Source of the DNA: Arcobacteraceae bacterium
GTDB taxonomy: Bacteria; Campylobacterota; Campylobacteria; Campylobacterales; Arcobacteraceae
Length of the DNA: 34,327 bases
Assembly (NCBI GenBank): GCA_048268245.1
Contig: JBLWVX010000029.1
Location: 1 to 34,327, forward strand
Direction of reading: 5' to 3'
The notes under the pieces are model-generated. The model was not told the origin of the DNA and searched no databases. It saw nothing but the letters and a program-made list of their open reading frames with translations. This document shows positions 11,582 through 21,749 of this stretch, in pieces (within the stretch, counting starts at the first letter, position 1; each line of letters opens with the position of its first letter). A program made the translations under genes and the position numbers.

Positions 11582-12763
11582 CTATTTCTTTTTATTCTTT
11601 AATCTTTTTGCCCATCTTGTAAAAAGTCTATAGTTTTCAATATCTTCACTTAAATCTTTATTATTAACAATATGAGAAACAAGCTCTTTTGCTAAGTATG
11701 GAGATAATACAAAACCTCTTCCACCTACTCCATTTAATACATATAGGCTCTCTATGGTTTCAAGATTTTCTTTTTTTATAAAACTTCCATTTAAAATATG
11801 AGGAAACTTATCAATACTTTTCTTAGAATCAACAAGTTTACCAACCATAGGGAAATAGTCTACACTTGAAGCTCTTGCTCCTATTTTCACATCTAAAAGC
11901 TCAACATCATCAAGCTTTTTTATATCATTCGCTAAATTTAGAAGCTTTGAGGTATCTTCTTTCATTATTTCAAGACTCTTTTCATCAGGTTTTATATAGT
12001 TAAAATCTGCACTTTCTAAATCATAACAAGTGCCACTCATATCCTCTTCAAATCTATTGTGTGTTGCACCAATACTAATCAAGTTCTTAGAAGTATTATT
12101 AGAAGCTTTTGACTTAGATAAAGAGCACCCTTTATGATAATTTATATCTACTTTTGTAGATGACAAAATATTAATTCTTTGTCCCCAAACTGCTCTTATG
12201 TTAAAATACTCTTCAGATATTAAATCTATATTAGCACCAGTAGTTAAAATCAAATTTTTTGTTTTGAGTTCATCATTTATAAACCATAAACCATCAACTT
12301 TTTCTATTTTTGTAACGGTATAAGATAAAAGTTTTTCTATATCATTTGTTAATGCTTTACATACTTCATAAGAGTCAACTTGAGAACCTATTGGAAAAAA
12401 ATAGCCATCATCAAACTCTTCATATTCAAAATCCATAAAAGGTTTATAACTCTCAAACTTTTGTCTATCTTCATCATTTTTGGGAATTCTACATGTACCA
12501 CAGTTTAAAATAAGAGAAGGAAAATTTTCTTTATAAAAATTTACTGAATAGCTTAGGGCTTTTGTAATTAGAGTTTTAAATTTGTTATCTTTACCTAATA
12601 AAGGAGATAAAAAAGCACCAGCAGCCCCACTAGCACCAAATGCTACATCACTATTTCTATCTATTAAAAGTAAATTATTTGTATGTTTTTTTAACTCATA
12701 AGATACGAAAGAGCCTGCAACTCCTGCACCTATAATTATATAATCGTATATTTTTTCAGACAT
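11582..12763 (-). CDS. FAD-dependent oxidoreductase, DAO family, MnmC C-terminal (MnmC1)-like
   Basis: IIGAGVAG, GASGAAGAFLSP, WGQ, IGATH, GARASSVDYFPMVG, GVGGRGF..SPYLA; no methyltransferase domain. Confidence 0.8.
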   Translation of the reverse strand: MSEKIYDYIIIGAGVAGSFVSYELKKHTNNLLLIDRNSDVAFGASGAAGAFLSPLLGKDNKFKTLITKALSYSVNFYKENFPSLILNCGTCRIPKNDEDRQKFESYKPFMDFEYEEFDDGYFFPIGSQVDSYEVCKALTNDIEKLLSYTVTKIEKVDGLWFINDELKTKNLILTTGANIDLISEEYFNIRAVWGQRINILSSTKVDINYHKGCSLSKSKASNNTSKNLISIGATHNRFEEDMSGTCYDLESADFNYIKPDEKSLEIMKEDTSKLLNLANDIKKLDDVELLDVKIGARASSVDYFPMVGKLVDSKKSIDKFPHILNGSFIKKENLETIESLYVLNGVGGRGFVLSPYLAKELVSHIVNNKDLSEDIENYRLFTRWAKRLKNKKK

Positions 12764-13094
12764 TTTTATTTAGCTCTTCCCTCAATTGAAAATTTGGTCT
12801 CCAATAACCTCTTCCACCTCTTAAACTAATACATTTATAATCTGGAAATTTTGACTTATAAAATTTTAATCTCTCTTTTGTAGATTTTCCTGTATCACAG
12901 TAAAATACAAAAACAGTACCTTTTGGATATTCTTGCATTTCAAAGGGATTATAAGTAATTGTTTCTATATTATCAATTGGTTTTAAAACTGTATCAATCA
13001 ATACAACTTGAATTCCTTGTTTTTCTAAATCTCTTGTGTATTTATATAGTTCTTGTTGTGTCCACTCTTCTTTTTCAAACATTTTATATTCCAT
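12756..13094 (-). CDS. Single-domain rhodanese-like protein
   Basis: VFYCDTGKST active-site-like loop and C-terminal LRGGRGYW. Confidence 0.6.
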   Translation of the reverse strand: MEYKMFEKEEWTQQELYKYTRDLEKQGIQVVLIDTVLKPIDNIETITYNPFEMQEYPKGTVFVFYCDTGKSTKERLKFYKSKFPDYKCISLRGGRGYWRPNFQLREELNKNV

Positions 13095-13109
13095 TAAAAT
13101 TTATTACTA

Positions 13110-13130
13110 CTATAGTTAAATAGACTCAAC
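13110..13130. promoter_or_regulatory. Second, degenerate HAIR-like (HspR) site
   Basis: CTATAGT-N7-ACTCAAC versus HAIR CTTGAGT-N7-ACTCAAG. Confidence 0.5.
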
Positions 13131-13171
13131 ATATTATCATATTTAAGGTTAATAGTGCTAAATAAAGTTTT

Positions 13172-13208
13172 AAACTTGATTGACTTAGACTCAAGTTTTT
13201 GGTATAAT
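13172..13208 (+). promoter_or_regulatory. cbpA-hspR promoter with overlapping HAIR operator
   Basis: CTTGATT-N7-ACTCAAG (13175-13195, one mismatch to HAIR) covers -35 TTGACT (13180-13185); 17 nt spacer; extended -10 TGgTATAAT (13200-13208). Confidence 0.85.
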
Positions 13209-13251
13209 ATATATCTTAAAAATATCTTAACAACTATATATAGGAATGAAA

Positions 13252-14133
13252 ATGGCAAAAAGTTTATATGAAACACTTGAAATTAATGAAAGTGCTAGTG
13301 TAAGTGATATAAAAAAAGCATATAGAAAACTAGCAAGAAAATATCATCCAGATGTAAATAAAGACCCAGCTGCAGAAGAAAAATTTAAAGAAATAAATGC
13401 GGCATATGAGGTTTTAAGTGACCCTGAAAAAAAACAACAATATGATCAATATGGTGATTCTATGTTTGGTGGTCAAAACTTCCATGATTTCGCAAGAGGT
13501 CAAGGAGGAAATGTAGATTTAGATGAAATTCTAAGACAAATGTTTGGTGGAGGACAAGGATTTGGTTCTTCTGGATTCAACCAAGGAGGCTTCTCACAAG
13601 GTGGCTTTGGAGGATTTGGTGGATTTGATGAACCAGATTTAGATACATCTGCTCAAATAACAATACCTTTTACAACTGCTATCTTAGGTGGTAAACAACA
13701 TATTGCTTTAAATAATGACTCTTTTGATGTTAAAATTCCAGAAGGAATTAAAGATGGTCAGAAGATTAGAGCAAAAGGAAAAGGAAAGTCATATCATGGT
13801 CAAAGAGGAGATTTAATTCTTAAAATTAATGTTGCTCCATCTGATGAATATGAAAGAGATGAATCAACACTTATTAAAACTTTTGATGTACCACTTAAAA
13901 CAGCACTGTTTGGTGGAAAAATTGAAATTGAAACAATTCATAAAACTATCACTTTAAAAGTTCCACAAAACACTAAACAAAATCAGAAGTTTAGAGTTAA
14001 AGAACTTGGTGTTCTAGATAGAAAAACAAATACAAAAGGTGACTTACATCTAAAAGCTAATATCGTTTTACCAAAAGTTGAAGATTTAGATGAAAGTTTA
14101 GTAGAAGTACTAAAAGAAAAGCTTCCTGAATAA
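13252..14133 (+). CDS. cbpA: DnaJ class B co-chaperone CbpA (ORF track start 13246; 13252 fits the AGGA RBS better)
   Basis: J-domain HPD motif, G/F-rich region, DnaJ C-terminal domain, no zinc finger; followed by hspR. Confidence 0.9.
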   Translation: MAKSLYETLEINESASVSDIKKAYRKLARKYHPDVNKDPAAEEKFKEINAAYEVLSDPEKKQQYDQYGDSMFGGQNFHDFARGQGGNVDLDEILRQMFGGGQGFGSSGFNQGGFSQGGFGGFGGFDEPDLDTSAQITIPFTTAILGGKQHIALNNDSFDVKIPEGIKDGQKIRAKGKGKSYHGQRGDLILKINVAPSDEYERDESTLIKTFDVPLKTALFGGKIEIETIHKTITLKVPQNTKQNQKFRVKELGVLDRKTNTKGDLHLKANIVLPKVEDLDESLVEVLKEKLPE

Positions 14134-14144
14134 AAGGATTTATT

Positions 14145-14531
14145 ATGGAAACAAATAGCTATATTGAACCTGTATATCTAATCTCAGCAGTTGCTGAGAT
14201 ATTAGCTATACACCCTCAAACATTGAGGCAATATGAGAGAGAAGGTCTTATAAAACCTTCTAGAACAAATGGAAAAATAAGACTTTATTCACAAAAAGAT
14301 ATAGATCATATTAAATATGTATTAACTCTTACAAGAGAGCTTGGAGTAAACCTTGCAGGGGTTGATATAATCCTTCAGTTAAATAAAAAAATAAAAAAAC
14401 TTCAAAGTGAAGTTCAAGATTATAAGACTAAAATAAAAAGTATAAATAATCTAGCAGTAGTTCCAGATACTAAAGCTTTAGTTGTACAAAAAACATCTTT
14501 TGATATAGTTATTGTAGAAAAAGAGGATTAA
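14145..14531 (+). CDS. hspR: Heat-shock repressor HspR (MerR family)
   Basis: PVYLISAVAEILAIHPQTLRQYEREGLIKPSRT.GKIRLYSQKD...LGVNLAGVDIIL. Confidence 0.95.
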   Translation: METNSYIEPVYLISAVAEILAIHPQTLRQYEREGLIKPSRTNGKIRLYSQKDIDHIKYVLTLTRELGVNLAGVDIILQLNKKIKKLQSEVQDYKTKIKSINNLAVVPDTKALVVQKTSFDIVIVEKED

Positions 14532-14542
14532 ATCCTCTTTTT
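14518..14542. terminator. Bidirectional terminator between hspR and ftsZ
   Basis: AAAAAGAGGATT-A-AATCCTCTTTTT between convergent genes. Confidence 0.8.
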
Positions 14543-15673
14543 CTACAATTGGTATTTAACTACGTAATCTCTCATAAGTGGTGGTATGTCTAAAAAATTC
14601 TCATCATCAGATGATAAGTTCTTGTTAGCATCTTCTTCATGTGAATCTTCTTTTTCATTTTCCAAATCTTCTTTTGATTCAAAACCAGTAGCAACAATAG
14701 TGATTTTCACTTCATCTTTTTCAAGTGTTCTATCTGATGTTGTACCAAATATAATTTCAGCATTATGGTCCATTCTATCATTAATACTTCCCATTACATT
14801 ATTAATAGCAAATAATGATACTTGAGGATGAATATTAAAGTGAATTAATATACCTTTTGCACCATTTAATGACATTTTGTCTAATAAAGGTGATTCAATT
14901 GCATCCTCTAAGGCTCTTTGAGCAGCATCTTCACCTTTGGCTTTACCAATACCCATAAGTGCCATACCTCTGTGTTGCATGATTGTTTTTACATCAGCAA
15001 AGTCTGTATTGATATCAGAGTTACCTGGATTTAAGATAACTTCAGACATACCATTTACAGCTTGATAAAGAATATTATCAATAATTTTAAAGGCATCTTT
15101 CATACCAACATTTTCATCAATAATTTCTAACAATCTATCATTTGGTACAACAATAATTGAATCACTTACTTTTTTAAGTTCTTCAAGACCAAGACTAGCT
15201 AGACCTGCTCTTTTTTTACCTTCCCAAGTAAAAGGTTTAGTTACAACAGAAACAGTTAATGCACCTGCTTCTTTTGCAGCTTTTGCAACAATAGCAGCAG
15301 CACCTGTTCCTGTACCTCCACCAAGTCCAGCAGCAATAAATACAATATCAGCACCTTTAAGTGCTGATTTAATCTCTTCATAACTCTCAACAGCAGAATC
15401 TCTACCAATCTCAGGTTTCATTCCAGCTCCAAGACCTTTAGTTAGTTTAACACCTAACTGAATTTTTTTTGGAGCTTGTGAAATATGTAATACTTGTAAG
15501 TCAGTATTAGCAGCAATTAAATCAACTTTTTTACAACCTTCTTTTATCATGTGATTGATCATATTACAACCACCGCCACCAATTCCAATAACCGAAATTT
15601 TTGCTACATTATCTGACAATACTTTGTTTGGCATTTCTTCTTTGATATCATCCACCTTAAATAAATTATCCAT
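14543..15673 (-). CDS. ftsZ: Cell division protein FtsZ (likely start MDNLF at 15673, just after the ftsA stop)
   Basis: GIGGGGCN, NTD, GLGAG, GGGTGTG tubulin signature, C-terminal LDIPP. Confidence 0.97.
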   Translation of the reverse strand: MDNLFKVDDIKEEMPNKVLSDNVAKISVIGIGGGGCNMINHMIKEGCKKVDLIAANTDLQVLHISQAPKKIQLGVKLTKGLGAGMKPEIGRDSAVESYEEIKSALKGADIVFIAAGLGGGTGTGAAAIVAKAAKEAGALTVSVVTKPFTWEGKKRAGLASLGLEELKKVSDSIIVVPNDRLLEIIDENVGMKDAFKIIDNILYQAVNGMSEVILNPGNSDINTDFADVKTIMQHRGMALMGIGKAKGEDAAQRALEDAIESPLLDKMSLNGAKGILIHFNIHPQVSLFAINNVMGSINDRMDHNAEIIFGTTSDRTLEKDEVKITIVATGFESKEDLENEKEDSHEEDANKNLSSDDENFLDIPPLMRDYVVKYQL

Positions 15674-15674
15674 T

Positions 15675-17075
15675 TTAGAACCACTCCGATATTTTACTCC
15701 AGAACTTAGAAACACCTTTTTTCTTATCTTTTTCTAAAGGTGTTAACACAGCTGAAGTATCTCTATTTTCTTCATTTGACGTACTTAAATCTCTATTATT
15801 AAATTCAGTTCTCATCTGATCAGCTGAAACTTGTGAATTTTCAATTATTTTATTCTCAATTCTAGGTTCTTTTTTTATTGGTTTTACAAGTTGTTTACTT
15901 GAGTCTAACTCATAGTTTCTTGTAGCTCCTAAAGAGTACTCTAATAATCCAACTATTGTTGACATACTTGGATCATCAAAATTTAAATATCCATTTTTAA
16001 TATTTTTTGGATTTGACACTGAAATTGGAATACCTTCATAAATTTTTTCTGCTAAAGGCTTAATACCTTCTAAACTAGACATTCCGCCTGTAATTACAAC
16101 TCCAGAACCTACATTATCTAAAATTCCACTTTTTTTAAGTTGATTTTTTACAAGTACTAATACTTCCTCAACTCTAGCGTGAATAATAGTCTGAATATAA
16201 TCAAGGGCAACTTCTGAGTTTGTATCCTCATCACCAATTCTTGGTATTTTAACTTTTGTTACACCTAATTCATTATTTGGTGTGTAGTCTTTTGTAAGAG
16301 AACCATACTCTGTTTTGATTCTCTCTGCTGCAATAGGAGGAGTATGAAGCATAACTGATAAGTCATTTGTAATATGATTTGAACCAACTGGAATAAATCC
16401 ATTATAAATCATAGAGTTACCTTTATAGCAAACAAATTCAGTTGTAGTAGCTCCTAAATTTATAACAGTAGTTCCAAATCTTTTTTGTTGATTATCTAAA
16501 ATAGATATAGCCGATGCATAACCATCAAGTACAAATGTAGTCATATCTACACCAGATACTTTTAGAGCTGATTTGATATTTGTAAGTGCAGTTCTTTTTG
16601 CAGTTACAATATATACAGATACTTCAAGTCTTGATCCATTCATATTAAGAGGATTATCAACATCAACAGAATCATCAACTTTGAAGAATATAGGAATTAC
16701 ATGTACAACTTCATATTCTGGAACTATTGTGGCATTATATAAAGCCATTTGCATTACTTGATTGATCTCAGTTTCTGTAATAAGTCCATTTGGTACATTT
16801 ACAGAACCAGAGCTTCTTATACTTTTAGTATAACTTCCAGAAACAGAAACTACTGATGTTTCAATTGTTTCTGTTGTATTTCTTTTTGCTAATGTAACAG
16901 CATTTTTTATAGCTTTAGATGCCTCTTCAATATTAATTATTAAGCCTTTATTAACACCTTCGCTATTTTGGATACCAGTACCTAAAATATTAATATTATA
17001 TTCTAAATCATGTTTTGCAATAACTGCTGTTATACTAGATGAACCAATATCAATTGCTAAGATAGTATTACTCAA
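15675..17075 (-). CDS. ftsA: Cell division protein FtsA
   Basis: AIDIGSSSI, INLGATTT, AERIKTEYG, VITGGMS, amphipathic C-terminus KFWSKISEWF. Confidence 0.95.
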   Translation of the reverse strand: MSNTILAIDIGSSSITAVIAKHDLEYNINILGTGIQNSEGVNKGLIINIEEASKAIKNAVTLAKRNTTETIETSVVSVSGSYTKSIRSSGSVNVPNGLITETEINQVMQMALYNATIVPEYEVVHVIPIFFKVDDSVDVDNPLNMNGSRLEVSVYIVTAKRTALTNIKSALKVSGVDMTTFVLDGYASAISILDNQQKRFGTTVINLGATTTEFVCYKGNSMIYNGFIPVGSNHITNDLSVMLHTPPIAAERIKTEYGSLTKDYTPNNELGVTKVKIPRIGDEDTNSEVALDYIQTIIHARVEEVLVLVKNQLKKSGILDNVGSGVVITGGMSSLEGIKPLAEKIYEGIPISVSNPKNIKNGYLNFDDPSMSTIVGLLEYSLGATRNYELDSSKQLVKPIKKEPRIENKIIENSQVSADQMRTEFNNRDLSTSNEENRDTSAVLTPLEKDKKKGVSKFWSKISEWF

Positions 17076-17078
17076 TTA

Positions 17079-18542
17079 TTATTCCTTTATTTCTATAGAA
17101 GATTGAATTTCATAGCTATTTTCTAGTCTGTTAATTAAATTTGTCATTAATTCTTGTGATTGTAATTGAGTAAGTGTTGACTCAACTGCACTATTTCTAG
17201 TTTTATCATATGAACCAAATTTAGAGTTATTTACTCTATATAAAACAACTTTATCATTTAATTTAATAAACCCTTCTTTTTGAGTAGCTGAGAAAAGTTG
17301 ATTTAAGAACTGAGCTGCTTCTTGAGCTTCTAATAAAGTGATTTTATCAATAGATTCTCTTGTAATACCTTTAATAACAACACCATTAAATGATGAAACT
17401 TGTTCTTGCGCAGTTTGCTCTAATTTCTTTTGCTTTGCAACATAAATATAATCTTCTTTTGCCATATCTTTTGCATCATTATATGCTAAAGGTTTAGCTT
17501 CTTCAATCTTTACTAATTGAGTGATTACAAATGTATCATTTTCTAAGAATGGCTTGTTTAAAGTACCAACTTTTGAATTTATGATAAGTTCATTATTTTC
17601 AGATGAATGAGGCATTGAAGAAGCTGTAAAAGTAGCTATATCTTTTAACTGTTCATCACCTTTTTTAATTTTTAGGTATTTTTTAAGTGCTTCTTTTTTA
17701 GTATGCTTTTCGTCTAGTTTCTTAATAACATCAGCTTTTGCTTCTTCAAAAGATTTAATCTTCCCATCTTCTTTTTTAAAGTCTAATCTAAATTTATCAT
17801 AGTAGCTTTTGATTTCCTCATCATTTGCATTTGAAGATAGTAAAGGCATTTTTAAAGACATTACTTGATATTTTACTTCAGACATATAAGCATTTTTGTT
17901 TTTTTCCCAATACTTTTTAATATCATCTTCTTTAGCTTCAACACTGATATCATTTAAACTTAAAATTTTCATAGAAATATCATCTTCTAAGAAAAGTAAT
18001 TTACTTAAGTTCTCAATCTCTTTTTCATTTGCTTTTACATCAAAAAGTTTTTGAATTTTATTTAATAAAATTCCTCTTTGTAAAGATTCTTCAAACTTAG
18101 CAGGAGTTGTTCTATTTTGAGATAAAACTTTGATGTAAGTTTGTTTATCGAATTTTCCATCTTTTAAAAATGCTTGATATTTAACTAATTCCTTAGCTAT
18201 ATCTTCATTTGTAACTTTTAAACCTAATGAATCACCATATGATAAGATTAAGTTCTTTTGTAAAACTTGTTTATAAGCTACATCTTTTAAGTTTAACTTA
18301 TCAGCCATCTCTTGGTTAAAACTATTACCAAATAGTCTTGCATATTGTTCATATAAATTTGAGTACTCTTCTTGATACTCTTCAACAGATACTTCTCTGT
18401 CACCTACGACTGCTACTACTCCACCTTGTTTGCCATACTCATATGAACCCCAACCAACAAAGCCAGCTCCAACAAATGCTATTGTACTTATCCAGATTGT
18501 AATTACTAGCCATTTTTTGTGTCTTTGCATCCAACTTATCAT
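17079..18542 (-). CDS. PpiD-like periplasmic chaperone (SurA N-terminal domain)
   Basis: MISWMQRHKKWLVITIWISTIAFVGAGFVGWG N-terminus, characteristic of the gene preceding ftsA-ftsZ in Campylobacterales. Confidence 0.85.
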   Translation of the reverse strand: MISWMQRHKKWLVITIWISTIAFVGAGFVGWGSYEYGKQGGVVAVVGDREVSVEEYQEEYSNLYEQYARLFGNSFNQEMADKLNLKDVAYKQVLQKNLILSYGDSLGLKVTNEDIAKELVKYQAFLKDGKFDKQTYIKVLSQNRTTPAKFEESLQRGILLNKIQKLFDVKANEKEIENLSKLLFLEDDISMKILSLNDISVEAKEDDIKKYWEKNKNAYMSEVKYQVMSLKMPLLSSNANDEEIKSYYDKFRLDFKKEDGKIKSFEEAKADVIKKLDEKHTKKEALKKYLKIKKGDEQLKDIATFTASSMPHSSENNELIINSKVGTLNKPFLENDTFVITQLVKIEEAKPLAYNDAKDMAKEDYIYVAKQKKLEQTAQEQVSSFNGVVIKGITRESIDKITLLEAQEAAQFLNQLFSATQKEGFIKLNDKVVLYRVNNSKFGSYDKTRNSAVESTLTQLQSQELMTNLINRLENSYEIQSSIEIKE

Positions 18543-18627
18543 AAAACATAATCCTCTTAAAAATTTTAGATATATTACACTAAATTTTCTTTTAAGTTAG
18601 TTAAAGTTTATTTATGTATCGCTGAAT

Positions 18628-20955
18628 TTATAATTGAGGTAAAATTTCGTTTTTTATTAAATCTTGCTTACTTAATAAGTCGTTAATTACAGACTCTCTT
18701 ATAGTTATTTCTAGTTTTTTACAAGCACTTTTAAAAGCCTCTTCTTCCCCAACAATAAAACACATTTTCTTAGCTCTTGTAATTGCTGTATAAAGAAGTT
18801 TTGTATTATGCATTATATAATGAGAAAAACTCATAGGAATTAAAGCATTATCATACTCCATTCCTTGTGTTTTATGTATAGTCAAGCAATAAGCTAAAGA
18901 CAATAATGATGCGATATTTTCAAAATCATAAAAGACTACCATGTCATCATTTGGATATAAAACTATACATTTCTCTTCTTCAAAATCAAGTTTTATAATA
19001 AGCCCTAATTGTCCGTTGAAAACTCTTTTTTCTAAAAAGTCTGTTGAACCACTTTTGTACATTTGCATAGTTTGGGCTCTCATATTTTCATTTTTTACAT
19101 GGATTACTTTATCTGTAATTTTATATTCATAAAGTTTTGTCTGAAAAGATTTACCTTTTGTATGATTAAAAAGCTTTTGAAGTTGCATATTTAGATTCTC
19201 AACCCCTAATATTCCATTTTTCATAGGTGTAATTACCTGAAATAAAATCAATGCTTTACTTATATCTTTTTGTTTTATCAAATCATAATACTTTTGAATA
19301 TAAGAAGCTGATATATTTAAAATATTATTTAAAATTAGTGTAGAATTTTCACCTCTTATATTTGAAAATTCATTTGATGAAACAGAGTTTTTCTGAGCAT
19401 AATAATTGGAAATTGAAACATTTTGAAAACTAAAGTCTTCATATTTTTCATTATATTTAGGAATCTCACCTTTTCTAATATCATTTGCAATAACTGCTAT
19501 TGCTTGGTTTTCATTTTGTCTATAGATTTTTGTAAGCTTGCAAATAGGTGCTAATTTATACTTTATTGCATCTGCTAAAATATTTCCAGCTCCAATTGCA
19601 GGTAACTGCCCATCATCTCCAACAATTATGAAAATAGTATCATCAGAAATCTTTGATATTATTTGATAAAAAGTCACAGAGTTTACCATAGATGCTTCAT
19701 CTAAAAGTATAACTTTGTGGGGAAAGAAATCTTTTTCTTTATGCTTCACTAATAAAGACTGAATAGTAGAAGAGTTATAACCTGTTGTATCAGAAATTCT
19801 TTGACTTGCAATACCACTCAAAGCAATAGTAATAATATCATCATAAGATACAACCTCTTCAAGTAGTTCTAAAATAGCCCTACTTGATGTAGATTTACCC
19901 GTTCCTGCGTAACCTATTAAGAAAAGTGTTTTATGTCCTTCATTTATAAGTTCAACTGCTTTTTTTTGTTCAGTACTTAATTCAAAGCCTAATGTTTTTT
20001 CTTTTTTTTCTAAATATGACTCAAAATCTGCAATTATTTTTTTGTTTTTTTCATCTTCTCTTCTTTGAAAAAAATCTAAAATATTTTTTTCTGCATTAAA
20101 AAGCATTGATAAAGCATATCTATTCTCTTTTGTTACATATATTTCTTCATCAACAAGCATTTTAGATAAAGCTTCTTCATATAAAGCATCTTCATTTGAA
20201 AAATTCAAAGACTCATCAAGAAGTTTATATAAATGAAATTTATCAATTGAAGAGTTTCCATTATTATCACAGTATTCTCTTAATGTATAGTTTAAACAAG
20301 CCATTATCCTAAACTCGCTTCTTGGGTCAATCCCTATGGCTTTTGCTATTTCATCTGCTCTTTTAAAACCTATACCTCTTATATTTATAAGCATATATGG
20401 ATTTTTTTTGATTTTCTCAATTAGATTATCTACTTCACCAAAAGCAGAATATATTTTTGTGATAAGATTTGAAGTAACTCCAAATTTTGCTAAGAAAGAA
20501 CCTAGTTCTCTTAGGTGCTTAAATTTTTGCCAAGATGACACAATCTTTTCAAGTTTTTTCTCTTTTATACCTTTAAACTTTAAAAGTTCATCAGGATTAT
20601 TGTTTAGTATTTCTACAAGCTCATCTTCACTATATTTTTCTAAAAGTTCATGGGCAAACTTATTTCCAATACCTTTTACAATTTTTGTTAAAAAAAAGAA
20701 AATCTCTGCTTCTTTTAACTCTAAGGTATCAAACTCAAACTGAACTCCATATTTTTTATGAGTAGTCCAGTTTCCAATAAGTATTATTTCTTCTCCTACC
20801 ATTTTTTCAATGTCAGTATCAAAATAAGTACCACAAATTTTTTGATTGTTTTCTAAAACAGCTATTACATATTTTGTTTCATCATTTTTATATAATACTT
20901 TTTTCAAAACCCCTGATAACTTAAAGGTTTTATACTCTTCTTGATTATCTGCCAT
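18628..20955 (-). CDS. recD2: ATP-dependent RecD2-like SF1B DNA helicase
   Basis: N-terminal OB fold (HKKYGVQF), HhH repeats (KGIG, RGIGFKRAD), Walker A GYAGTGKS, DEASM, GDDGQL, YRQ, TIHKTQGME, LYTAITRAK. Confidence 0.9.
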   Translation of the reverse strand: MADNQEEYKTFKLSGVLKKVLYKNDETKYVIAVLENNQKICGTYFDTDIEKMVGEEIILIGNWTTHKKYGVQFEFDTLELKEAEIFFFLTKIVKGIGNKFAHELLEKYSEDELVEILNNNPDELLKFKGIKEKKLEKIVSSWQKFKHLRELGSFLAKFGVTSNLITKIYSAFGEVDNLIEKIKKNPYMLINIRGIGFKRADEIAKAIGIDPRSEFRIMACLNYTLREYCDNNGNSSIDKFHLYKLLDESLNFSNEDALYEEALSKMLVDEEIYVTKENRYALSMLFNAEKNILDFFQRREDEKNKKIIADFESYLEKKEKTLGFELSTEQKKAVELINEGHKTLFLIGYAGTGKSTSSRAILELLEEVVSYDDIITIALSGIASQRISDTTGYNSSTIQSLLVKHKEKDFFPHKVILLDEASMVNSVTFYQIISKISDDTIFIIVGDDGQLPAIGAGNILADAIKYKLAPICKLTKIYRQNENQAIAVIANDIRKGEIPKYNEKYEDFSFQNVSISNYYAQKNSVSSNEFSNIRGENSTLILNNILNISASYIQKYYDLIKQKDISKALILFQVITPMKNGILGVENLNMQLQKLFNHTKGKSFQTKLYEYKITDKVIHVKNENMRAQTMQMYKSGSTDFLEKRVFNGQLGLIIKLDFEEEKCIVLYPNDDMVVFYDFENIASLLSLAYCLTIHKTQGMEYDNALIPMSFSHYIMHNTKLLYTAITRAKKMCFIVGEEEAFKSACKKLEITIRESVINDLLSKQDLIKNEILPQL

Positions 20956-21308
20956 TAGTACCCATCATTAAATTTATGTTTTCTATGCTTATCTTTTGTA
21001 TATGTTTTTTTCTTTTTTTCTTTTTGAATTAGGTTTGCTTGTTTTAATAAAGTAGACTTTTCATCATCAAAGTCCTCTGTATGATTTTCTATATACTGTA
21101 AAGTTGTATTTAAAAATTCTGTCAAAGAAGTAAGATAAGAAGAGTGTAAAGGTACAGCTTCAACCTTTTTTAAATCTTCATAATTCTTTTTTGTTCTTTG
21201 TTTAAATAACTCAACATCAAAATTTTCAAGTTTAAGTAAAGAAACTGTTCGTGTAAAAAATTTCTCTAAAACTCTAATATATCTTATTCTTTGTTGTTTT
21301 TCATGCAT
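20955..21308 (-). CDS. Hypothetical helical protein with basic C-terminus
   Basis: 117-aa ORF translationally coupled to both neighbours. Confidence 0.7.
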   Translation of the reverse strand: MHEKQQRIRYIRVLEKFFTRTVSLLKLENFDVELFKQRTKKNYEDLKKVEAVPLHSSYLTSLTEFLNTTLQYIENHTEDFDDEKSTLLKQANLIQKEKKKKTYTKDKHRKHKFNDGY

Positions 21309-21658
21309 TACTTAAGTAGCTCTTCTAAGTTTTCAATAGGTCTTGCAATAACAGCTTTATTTCCTCTAATTATCACAGGTCGCTCAATCAACTTTGGGTT
21401 TTCTATCATCGCGTCAAGTAGTTTTTCTTCGTTTGTTTCATTTTTTAAATCTAACTCTTTATAAACTTCTTCGCCTTTTCTCATAAGCTCTTTAGCTGTC
21501 ATATTAAGTTTATTTAAAATATCTTTTAGTTCATCTTTTGAAGGTGTTTCATCTAAATATTTAATAACATTTGCATTAATATTTTTTTCTTCTAGTAAGT
21601 TAAGTGCATTTCTTGATTTTGAACATCTTGGGTTATGCCAAATTGTAATATCTTCCAT
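21308..21658 (-). CDS. arsC: ArsC-family (glutaredoxin-type) arsenate reductase
   Basis: HNPRCSKSR, PKLIERP, ARP motifs. Confidence 0.88.
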   Translation of the reverse strand: MEDITIWHNPRCSKSRNALNLLEEKNINANVIKYLDETPSKDELKDILNKLNMTAKELMRKGEEVYKELDLKNETNEEKLLDAMIENPKLIERPVIIRGNKAVIARPIENLEELLK

Positions 21659-21749
21659 ACTTTTTATACCTTGTTTATAATTTTTATAAATTATATCTAA
21701 AAATATTTTACAAAGCTTGAAATATTACAATTTGTAAGAAAAGTAGTAA

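Noticed and set aside
13094..13276. 60-aa minus-strand ORF
   Set aside because: Covers the divergent promoter/HAIR region and the cbpA start; no recognisable protein features
15674..15715. 14-aa N-terminal extension of FtsZ in the ORF track
   Set aside because: It overlaps the ftsA C-terminus; the ATG at 15673 follows the ftsA stop and is the more plausible start
21308..21658. Arsenic-resistance island
   Set aside because: Lone arsC-family gene in a housekeeping context; no arsR, arsB or acr3 nearby
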